DNA of 64,000 bases from Bacteroidales bacterium (GTDB lineage: Bacteria; Bacteroidota; Bacteroidia; Bacteroidales; WCHB1-69): positions 4,117 through 68,116 of the forward strand of contig JAZRYC010000046.1 in assembly GCA_045600525.1 (NCBI GenBank). Reading direction: 5' to 3'. A program made the position numbers and the translations under genes. This document shows, piece after piece, positions 39,478 to 50,000 of this stretch; position 1 is the first letter of the stretch; the number at the start of each line of letters is the position of its first letter. The notes beneath the pieces are model-generated. The model saw only the letters and a list, made by a program, of their open reading frames with translations. It did no database searches and had not been told where the DNA came from.

Positions 39478-40231
39478 TTATTTCTTCATCACCTTGCAGT
39501 TGGTCTCGGTGCCGTTGTCAAGGCGCACCTTCAGCAGGTACATCCCGGCATTGAGGGTGGAGATGTCCAGCAGGCAGAAGGGGCCGTTGCATTGTTCGGT
39601 GAGCATCAGTTTGCCGAATGAGTCGTAGATTTCCACGATAGAGAGGATGTTGTCGCTTTCTATACGCAGTGCGCCATCTGTGGGGTTGGGTGACACCGTG
39701 ACACTGCTGTTGCCTTCATCGGCGGATGGTGTCAGCATTATGCTGCGCATCTGGTCGGCGGGGTCACCGTATGTTTCGTAAAAGTATTCCGCGCACAGGT
39801 TGAAGAAGCACAACACGCCCTGTGCCATTACGGAGGAACGTCCCGTGCGGGCCTCCGCTATGCGTTGCAGCTCGTCAATCTGCGCGGAGATGCCTGGGGT
39901 GGCGTGATGCCAGGCATGGAGCGCCGAAAGGTCCGTTAATATCACGGATAGTGGAGCCTGCGGGTAGATAGGCGAAGACTTTTCGCGCCTCAATATCATT
40001 GCGAATGGCAGTAAAATACTGTGATTCAGACAAGTTAAATTCAAAAGGCTGATAACAAACTTGCCGATAGATTTTAAGATAGGTCTTGCTTTCAAAAACC
40101 GTGTCTCCCGATGCCTTGTATTTTTCATTGCTATACGACCATACGCTACCGTCGGTAATTGGGTGATATTCGTTTTGCGCATACGTGGCACCCGCAATGA
40201 GAAGGCATACAAAAAATAATAACTTTTTCAT
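39478..40231 (-). pseudogene. Frameshifted gene for a secreted protein carrying a T9SS C-terminal sorting domain
   Basis: The signal peptide and N-terminal 118 aa are in one frame (40231..39875, MKKLLFFVCLLIAGATYAQ...). The remainder is in another frame and ends in a Por_Secre_tail-like CTD (VTVSPNPTDGALRIE...IVEIYDSFGKLMLTEQ...LDISTLNAGMYLLKVRLDNGTETNCKVMKK). The frames switch somewhere in about 39890..39960. Confidence 0.75.
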
Positions 40232-40333
40232 ATCCGTATTTCACTGGACTTCATTTGTTTATCATGTTTTCCCCTCTAGCCCTCCTTCTACCTGCGAAGT
40301 CCGTTGGACAAAGTGGAATGGTGAGCGGAACAG

Positions 40334-40341
40334 CAAATATA
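40334..40341 (-). promoter_or_regulatory. -7 box for the frameshifted T9SS-cargo gene
   Basis: The minus strand reads TATATTTGCTG. Confidence 0.35.
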
Positions 40342-40410
40342 GTGTTTTTTTGCTTGGTGGTGTGGGATAGTAAATGCCGAGAAAATAATAGAGTATAGTT
40401 TGCAGAGCAT

Positions 40411-40443
40411 AAAAAAAAGCCCCACATGCGGGGCTTTTTTTTT
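40411..40443 (-). terminator. Rho-independent terminator after ridA (symmetrical A/T flanks)
   Basis: AAAAAAAAGCCCC-acatgc-GGGGCTTTTTTTTT. Confidence 0.7.
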
Positions 40444-40816
40444 ATTTCACGGCGATGGTTTCAATTTCCACCATCACGCCTTTGGGCAGGTCTCTGACGG
40501 CAAACGCGGCGCGGGCAGGAGGATTGGTGAGAAAATATTTGGCATAAACCTCGTTCATGGCGCCAAAGTTGGCGATGTCGCTTAATAGACAGGTGGTTTT
40601 TACCACGTTGTCGAAAGTATAGCCGGCTTCATTGAGGATGGCGGCGATGTTTTTCATGACTTGTTCGGTTTGGGCGGTAATGCCTTCCGGAACAATACCG
40701 GAGCCTGGATCAACGGGGATCTGGCCGGAAATGAATAACATACCATTGGCTTCAATGGCTTGGCTGTAGGGACCGATGGCGGCAGGGGCCTTGTCTGTGT
40801 GAATGACTTTCTTCAT
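40442..40816 (-). CDS. ridA: RidA (YjgF/TdcF) family reactive-intermediate deaminase
   Basis: The 124-aa product contains APAAIGPYSQA...GQIP...TTCLL...ARAAFAV. Confidence 0.9.
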   Translation of the reverse strand: MKKVIHTDKAPAAIGPYSQAIEANGMLFISGQIPVDPGSGIVPEGITAQTEQVMKNIAAILNEAGYTFDNVVKTTCLLSDIANFGAMNEVYAKYFLTNPPARAAFAVRDLPKGVMVEIETIAVK

Positions 40817-40866
40817 GTTTTAGGATTTTGATTATTAGAAAATTACGTTTTTTTAATAAGAATTTG

Positions 40867-40874
40867 CAAAAATA
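40867..40874 (-). promoter_or_regulatory. -7 box for ridA
   Basis: The minus strand reads TATTTTTGCAAA. Confidence 0.4.
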
Positions 40875-40907
40875 ACACTTTTATTTTTTTCCTATTCTCT
40901 TTTTTTG

Positions 40908-40915
40908 TATTTTTG
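40908..40915 (+). promoter_or_regulatory. -7 box for guaB
   Basis: TATTTTTGCACG, 24 nt before the ATG. Confidence 0.5.
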
Positions 40916-40932
40916 CACGTAATAAAAAATAA

Positions 40933-42417
<1,485 letters not shown>

Positions 42418-42447
42418 AGTATTTAATAATTGTAAAATTCCAATATT

Positions 42448-43296
42448 ATGAAAAATATCGTTGTCGGTATCGACTTTTCCAATAGTTCCATGACGGCTAT
42501 GCGTCATGCAGTTGCCATTGCCTTACGTGATAAGGCCACCCTTCATCTTGTTTGGGTAAAGGCCCCTGGTGTGGCAAGTAGTTCTGAAGAATTTGATGAA
42601 GGTAAAAGTTTTATGCACCATCAACAGGAAAAGCTCCAGGAATGGGCTGCTATGTGCAAGCACGAAGCTCCAGAATGCATCGTCAATAATGTCTTCTTGG
42701 AGGGCAAGCCCCATATTGAAGTTAACAAGTATGCAGCCAATCTGCCAGAAGCCATCATTGTCCTCGGTGCGCACGGCGCTTCCGGATTTGAGGAGGGTTA
42801 TATCGGCAATAATGCCTATCGTATGATCAATGCTGCCGAAGTTCCCGTTTTGATTATGCGTGAGAATATCCAAATCAACCGCGACCTCACCAAGATATTG
42901 GTGCCTATTGATATCAGCTTCGAAACGTTGCAGAAGATGAGATTGTCCATTTATTTGGCTAAGCTTTTCGCTGCTCAGATTTATCTTTTCGGCGTAAACT
43001 ATCCGAATGACGCGCAAACAAAACACATCATCAACGTACAGCTTCGCAATGCGATGACCATGTGCGACGATGCCAATGTGAGATATGTGGCCGAAGCACA
43101 CAATGTTACCAATAACGATGTTTGCAACACGATTATCTCTTCAGCTAAAGAATTGGATGCCAATCTTATTACAATTATGCGCGAAGAACAGGAAACAGAT
43201 TTTACGGCATCTCGCAATATGCGCCAGATTTTGAGTACCTGCTCTATGCCGCTACTCATCATTCCCAATAGAAACACATTCTCTGTAGGCAGATAA
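42448..43296 (+). CDS. Universal stress protein (tandem Usp domains)
   Basis: The 282-aa product begins MKNIVVGIDFSNSS and contains LGAHGASG. A second Usp-like half follows. Confidence 0.75.
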   Translation: MKNIVVGIDFSNSSMTAMRHAVAIALRDKATLHLVWVKAPGVASSSEEFDEGKSFMHHQQEKLQEWAAMCKHEAPECIVNNVFLEGKPHIEVNKYAANLPEAIIVLGAHGASGFEEGYIGNNAYRMINAAEVPVLIMRENIQINRDLTKILVPIDISFETLQKMRLSIYLAKLFAAQIYLFGVNYPNDAQTKHIINVQLRNAMTMCDDANVRYVAEAHNVTNNDVCNTIISSAKELDANLITIMREEQETDFTASRNMRQILSTCSMPLLIIPNRNTFSVGR

Positions 43297-43381
43297 TTAG
43301 TGATCGGTAATCGGTGAACTGTGATCTGTTAGTTTCGGTTCAAGATAACAAGTGCTTACAAGATTTTTATAGAGAAGATAA

Positions 43382-43411
43382 AGCGTGTTAAATGTCTTAA
43401 CACGCTTTTTT
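43382..43411 (+). terminator. Rho-independent terminator after the usp gene
   Basis: AGCGTGTTAA-atgtc-TTAACACGCT followed by TTTTT. Confidence 0.7.
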
Positions 43412-43467
43412 AATTTATCCAATAATCCTTTTTGCGATAATTCGCGAAATTTGATAAAATATGTTTT

Positions 43468-44067
43468 ATGGAAAAAAACAGCAAACCAAGTAAAAAAAAC
43501 AGTAAAAGAACCCTGCGCGCCGGCAATATGCTGAACCCCTCACCTGTGGTGATGGTTTCCTGCGGCAGTTCGATTGACGAATATAATATTATAACGATAG
43601 CATGGACGGGCACCCTCTGCTCTGACCCTGCGCTTTGCTACATTTCCGTGCGTCCGGAGCGCCATTCCTACAACCTTATCAAGGAGAGTGGTGAGTTTGT
43701 CATCAACTTGGTAAACCGCGACCTGGCACCCATCGCCGATTGGTGCGGAGTGAAATCAGGCAAGAAGTTCAACAAGTTCTTTGAGACCGGTCTCACGCCC
43801 GTGCGCGGCACACAGGTCAAAGCCCCGATGATTGACGAAGCCCCCGTGAACCTCGAGTGCAAGGTTAAGCAGATCATCCCCTTGGGCTCACACGATATGT
43901 TCGTCGCCGAAATCGTGGCTGTTCATGCCAAAGAGAATCTTTTCAACTATAAGACCGACGCTCTTGAATTGCAGCGTGCCAACCTTGTGAGTTATTCCCA
44001 CGGACATTATTACGATCTGGGTAAGATTCTCGGCAAGTTTGGTTACTCGGTTGAGAAAAAGCAGTAG
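43468..44067 (+). CDS. Flavin reductase-like (FMN-binding split-barrel) protein
   Basis: The 199-aa product contains PVVMVSCGS...NIITIAWTG...ISVRPERHSY, typical of the PF01613-type domain. Confidence 0.75.
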   Translation: MEKNSKPSKKNSKRTLRAGNMLNPSPVVMVSCGSSIDEYNIITIAWTGTLCSDPALCYISVRPERHSYNLIKESGEFVINLVNRDLAPIADWCGVKSGKKFNKFFETGLTPVRGTQVKAPMIDEAPVNLECKVKQIIPLGSHDMFVAEIVAVHAKENLFNYKTDALELQRANLVSYSHGHYYDLGKILGKFGYSVEKKQ

Positions 44068-44068
44068 G

Positions 44069-47000
44069 CTATTTGCCTTTCACACATCTTACGCTGTAGC
44101 CTAAGGATTTAGACGATAGTATTTCCTGTAGCATGTAGCAGTTACAATCGGCCATAAAACTCTTGGCAATGGTATTATTAGTTTCGTCACATGTCCAGAA
44201 ATAGGCTCTGCCCAAGAGGTTTTCACAACGGGCTTTGGCATCGTTGTAGAATCCTGACGGCAACATGGAAAAGTCTGTTTCGTTTGTGCCCGGATTCAGC
44301 AGCCAGTAGTCGGGAGATCTCAACGTTAATGCGTCTATGTACACCAGGGTGTTGAATTGCTCTTCGGTCGGCAGATACCAACCTTCTGGGCAGGCACCTT
44401 GAATAGGTGAAGTTGAAGGTGTTGTCGTACCTTGCGGTATGCGAGCAGCATCGTACCAAGAATACAGTCTTCCAAAAACAAGCGCATTTTGAGTCGTATC
44501 GCTATTGTTGGTGGCGTAATATGGACGGGCATTCGGAATAGGTTCACCGTCGCTGTAATGAGTAGATTTGAGGTTCTGCTTCAACCAGCAATTAAAGCCT
44601 ATACGGACAGTGCTGTATTCGTTTCCGTCATAGTCGGTCACAGAAAGCTCACCTTCACCACAAGGAGGCAGATTCAACATAATGTTCTGACTGCATTCGT
44701 GCGTATTTCCACAAACATCAGTAACTTGCCAATAAATGGTGGTGTTGGGATTATCGGTACTCGGAATAAAGACGGAGTCGGTGGGTAGATGCCAATCTTC
44801 CATATTTGTACGACGATATAGAACAGAGGAAATCATCGTGTTGGGAAGCGTGTCTCCGTTATGGATTACTGGAGGTACCACCAACGAATCGGCATGTAAG
44901 AACGGCTCGCCAAAGTTTACGTTATAAGAAGCAGAGGTGCATTCCAGATTGTCATCGGTGAGGTTGTAAACCACAATATTGAAACTGTCAACGGTAGTAC
45001 AGCCGTTTTGATTCACTGTAAGGTAGTGCATCTTTGAATGAGTAGTTTCGTCAGCCATATAATCTAAAGTAAAGAATGAAGTGTCCGTGCTGGAAATGAT
45101 GGGACCGTCTTCAGTGGACCATATCACGCGGTTGGCTTCTGGAACTAATGCGAAGTTCAAAGCAGTGGTATCTAGTTTGAACTGCATATCAGTGCCCTGA
45201 CATACTGTGTCCGTACCGATTGTTTGTATCCAGATAGGCTGTTTGCGCATTGTGATAAGTCCTATTTTTTGTAATGGAGTAGATGCGCATCGTGTATCGG
45301 GTTCTGCTTCCACAAGGTAGCGAGCGAAAAGATCATCGGAAAGAGTACCACTTAAAGAAATAGTGTCTTCTCTTTCATTGTCAATGACCACACCAGCTGG
45401 TATAACATTTCCATCTGTCAGCCAAGTAAGAGTGTAGGAAACGGCGTTACTAATAACAAACTCATTGTCAATCATCGTGTTTCCACAAATACCGAGGTCG
45501 AGAGATCCACGAGTAAGAGTAATGACAGGCATTTTGACAACTTCTACATGGAAGGTCCAACTACTATCGCAATGTGTAATTTGATCAACGGCTTTGATCG
45601 TGTAGTCAGCTGTAGCATCTGGGGTGATGGTTAATTCAGTAGTACCATTGAAAGGCGTTTCTTCAGAAGTTGTTTCATTAACGAGGAAGAATTTGAGATA
45701 GTCGTCATCGCCCTGACAGGTGAAAGTAACATCAGTACCTTCGCAAACATAGGATGCGTTGCATGTTTGAGCAGTGGCGTCCAGTGTTGTCAAAGCAGGT
45801 CTGTCGCCCGAAACCATCAGGTTGTCAATGGTAATATAGGATGGTAAATATTTGGAGCCCTTCAAAGTTCCGCAAGACTGGGTATTACCGGCAGAACCGC
45901 CTGTAAATTCGAGTTTAATGAATAATTCATCTTCATTCAAAGAACTTAGCGAAGACAAGTCAAATTCTGCTGTAGACCAAGATGTTCCGTTAATCGTTTT
46001 TGAACCCAGGTAGGTATAACTGTCGCTGGCGGCGAATTTATAGCTGTAGTTTACATTATTAAAGGCCGCGCCACCATTGTTGTTGTCACGCTTGTAGTCA
46101 AATTTCAAATTCAAGTTATTATAATTTTCCGGGACCAACTTGATTTCGAAATAAACGCCGTCATAATAGGTGTAAGAAGGTTCATTTAAAAAGCCCGAGC
46201 ACGTACTGGACAAATTTGCCCATTGCAATGCGCCATTGGCACCATCAGTGCTATAGCAATAATCGGATGAAGGGGCATATCCAGTCACATTATTAAATTC
46301 GGAAGTATTATATACTGAGAAATTGGCTCCAGAGGTTCTAATACCGCATGTTGGCTGGAAGTTATTGGTACCCGTATTCATATCCCAAGCAACCAGGGTG
46401 ACATTGCTTTCGGAAGAAAGAATTTGCTGGACGCTGTTGGTAATCAAGGTGACACGATAAACGCTGTCGCAACCTGTGGAACATTGCCAGTCTGCTGGAG
46501 AAGTCAAATATTCCACACCTTCTTCGGTTGGCGTAAAATTAAAGCCATAATCAGTATAGCTTTCGCCAAGGCAGATATAGGCTACGATGGTTGTATCGAA
46601 TGCCTTGCGAACATCCAACCATAAAGTAATGACGCTGTCACAGGGATTGCTTTCTGAAGGAATGCTCAATTGGCACTCATACAGGCCTGGCTGACGCATT
46701 TCATCGGCCTTGGGTGTAATGATGAACATACCCGGAATATATTCGCATTCGTCTGTAAAAGTAATGTTTGAAACCTGATCTACTTCATTGGCGCAAACGT
46801 AGCCATGACGTTCAATATCCAGACGATAGGCGGGAGCGATGCCGACCATGTCCAAAGTATCAGAAACGATACAGGTGCCGTTACCCACACTTACCACATA
46901 TTGGAAATCACCTGTAGGAATATCATCTTCATCAGTAAGATAATAATCATGGGCATCCAAAAGTGTACTCACCCCATTGTGAATACGCTCCCAATTGTAA

Positions 47001-50000
47001 TTGACAGGGGTCGTTTCGTTTGGGGTGACATCTGTATTGACGTAAGGAGGAGTTGCCATCAGCGCAGATCCTTGATTGGTACAAACTATGGTTTCAGCGG
47101 AAATGGTAATTTCATCAATGGCTTTGTGACCCGATATGCAAATGTTGTCGAGCAAAGAATACTTTGTCCATTCAGATAAATAACCAAAGGTACTCTTAGC
47201 TGCGCCATCAAAAGTGATTTTAATATACAAGTCATTATTATCATCTATGGCTTTTGATGACTTTTCAGACAAGTTCAATTCATAGCTGCCGTCAACTCTG
47301 TCGCTTCCTTCCATCGTAATCATTTTCGTTGCGCAGGAATGATAGGTAACATTATCCGTACTATAGGCAAATGTCAAATTGGTAAAACCATGATCGTTGT
47401 CGCCTGTAGTAAGGCGTTCAATTCCGTAGTCAAATCTTAACTTAATATTTGCGTAATCTTTGGTGGAAGTATGGATAATGATGTTTTTACCATTGTTCAT
47501 CCTTAAGTCAGGACTAAACAAACTACCTTCCATAACTCCGTTAATCAAGCCCAAGGAGTTTCCAGATGCGGGAATCAGACTTGAACTGCTGGAAAGGTTG
47601 TCGGAAGTGATATTGGATCCGTTCCAATCGCTATAGGAGATGGTGGAACCAGGCATGGATCCGTTCACATCGGCAGAAATAGGTGAGGATACGTTGCTGA
47701 AAGAGGTCCAACCTGCAAGCAGTGTTTCATTTTCCTCAAAGCCAAATTGGTTCCATTCCTGAATATAAAGGTCCAACGTAACGATGCTGTCGCAACCGTT
47801 TACTGATTTCAAGTCGTCAATAATATACACACCTGTGGTGTTGTATGTGTGCGAGGTACCGTGTTGGTCGCTGACGGTATAGCTGTTGCCGGCGCAAAGT
47901 GACTGTACATCAGTAATATTATATGTCGGATGCACAGTAATAGTTCCATCAAAAGAGTTTGGTGCTGCGCATTTTGTGTTTTCGTTGGGGAGCAGGGCAA
48001 CATGATAAGTGAAAGTTCCTGCCACTGCTGGAGCGCCTGTAATACGGGTTTCACCAGCTATAGAGTTGTCAATGGTGATTCCATCCGGCATATAGGGTGA
48101 GAATGTGATTAGAGGTTCGCAATCACCACCATGGTAAAACAGAATATCTTCAACGACATCATTTTGGCAAACGGTCTGAATCAAATCGCCGCTTGCGTCA
48201 ACATACTGAAGATGGGCGCTATAAGTGATATAGATAGCATCAGGTACACGGGCACTGACGCAACCGTCTTCAGGGTTGTATTGTGCCACATAATTGGTTG
48301 TATCCAATTCATAGTCCATGGAAACCGATGGGGTTGAGGTCACATAATTGGAAGAGGTTTCAGTTTCATACCATCTCAATGAAAAACTCGGGTCCGTAGC
48401 AGTAGCTTTAAAGGATATGGTTTTTCCTGTTTCGGGGCATACGGTTGTATCTCCGCGGACGATAGGTACAGCCAGACTAATCACATTCAAATTCACAGGA
48501 TCAGAATAAACGTCGCAGCCACGGTCGTTGCTCACATATACTCTATATTGAAGATCACCTGTCGTTTTGTAATTAGAGGCGAGAATCACATTGTTGTGAT
48601 AGGTGTCGTATGAGGCCTCATTTGCGGAGATGGTATCCCAGTCGGAGACTTCATCCTTAAATTCCCAAGTATAGTTAAAAGTTGAACCAGCACCTGCTTG
48701 GATGCCGTTCTCAATGGATTGTGAGGTCAGCGTAACTTCGTTGCTTGGGCATATGGAGGCAGTTGAAACGGTGGGAGCAGTTAAGGTGGGGTCTGCAACC
48801 ACGGTCACTTGGATGGGATCTGTGGAAACTTTACAAACTGTTTGGTTGAAATAAAACAGGTCCACGCCAATGGTATAAAGGCCTTCGGCTGTCAATTCCT
48901 GACTTAAGTTTTCATTGTTGCTTACCAAAGCCGCCGGATCAGCATTCTGGGCAATCATCCAATGGTATTCGGATGGTGTGGCATAAAAGCCCAAGGATTC
49001 ATCCAAATGCCAATTACCTTTGGAGATCAATACTTTGCCGCCCACGCAGAATTCATCATAATTTGGAGTTGGAGCATCGTATTTCGATGGCAATTCAACG
49101 GCATAAATGGTTGCAGAGCCCTCACTGACAAACCAGTCGGAACAAGCAACTTTTGCGTAACGCTTCAAAATATAGGTACCGGCACCGAGTGTTTGAATAT
49201 CCAATAAACTATTGTCAAGACTTGCAACATCGCTATTTGCGATAGCTGTTTCCTCACCACCATCTTTAGTGTAAGTCCACTTATAGGAAATAGTCTTGTT
49301 TGGTGTAATAGAGGCTTCCGTTACGTTTTGAACAGAAAAACTTCCAGCCAAACAGGTATAAATATCAGAACTTGATATTTTTCCTGGTTGAACATCAGCC
49401 ACAGTAATCAGGTATTCGTTTTCTGAAGCGATGGAATCCATAGCACAGCCATTGGTTTTGGCATAGCGCAAGTATGTATGGTTGCCAGAGCACAATGTGT
49501 TTTCAGCAATAGAAAGATTTTGGTTTGTGGCACCAGGCACAATGTCGCCATTATGTGTCCAAAAATATTCGCTGTTGCTAACTTCTGAGCCATTAATAGA
49601 AATGGGTGTGCCAGGTGCTATGGTGGTATCAATGTCTTCAATATTGCCTGAATTAAAGGTGACTTCAATATGATATTCACCATTAGAAGCATATTCGTTT
49701 GATCCAATTTTCACATAGCGGACAACAGAATAGATGTCAGGATTTGTGGCGGTGAAACTACCGGAAGCCAAAGTTGGCGCATTACTCTCGAAAGAATCGC
49801 CTGTCAAGGTTCCGTTTTTCTTCAAATACCAGTTATAGGTAAAATTAACATCGTTAGAAATATTGGCCGGAACTTGGTTTTCAACTGCAAACAGAGCGCA
49901 AGGAGATATATTTGTTACTCCCGAAATAGAACCTGTATAGAGCCACTGTGCATATATTGTATAATTGTCTGTATTTTGACACTGATTGGAAGTAGAAAGA

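Noticed and set aside
39481-39960. The 57% GC of the T9SS-cargo 3' part as stand-alone evidence of horizontal transfer.
   Set aside because: Parts of undoubted core genes here, for example alaS around 35700, are equally GC-rich. Composition alone is therefore weak evidence. I keep it only as a supporting observation in the frameshift finding.
44072-44650. Possibility that the C-terminal FISUMP/lectin-like domain is a diversity-generating retroelement (DGR) variable region.
   Set aside because: The window contains no reverse transcriptase, no template repeat copy of this segment and no adenine-specific mismatch pattern. The downstream neighbour is a convergent flavin reductase. A genome-wide search for a near-identical repeat of 44072..44300 would be needed to revive the idea.
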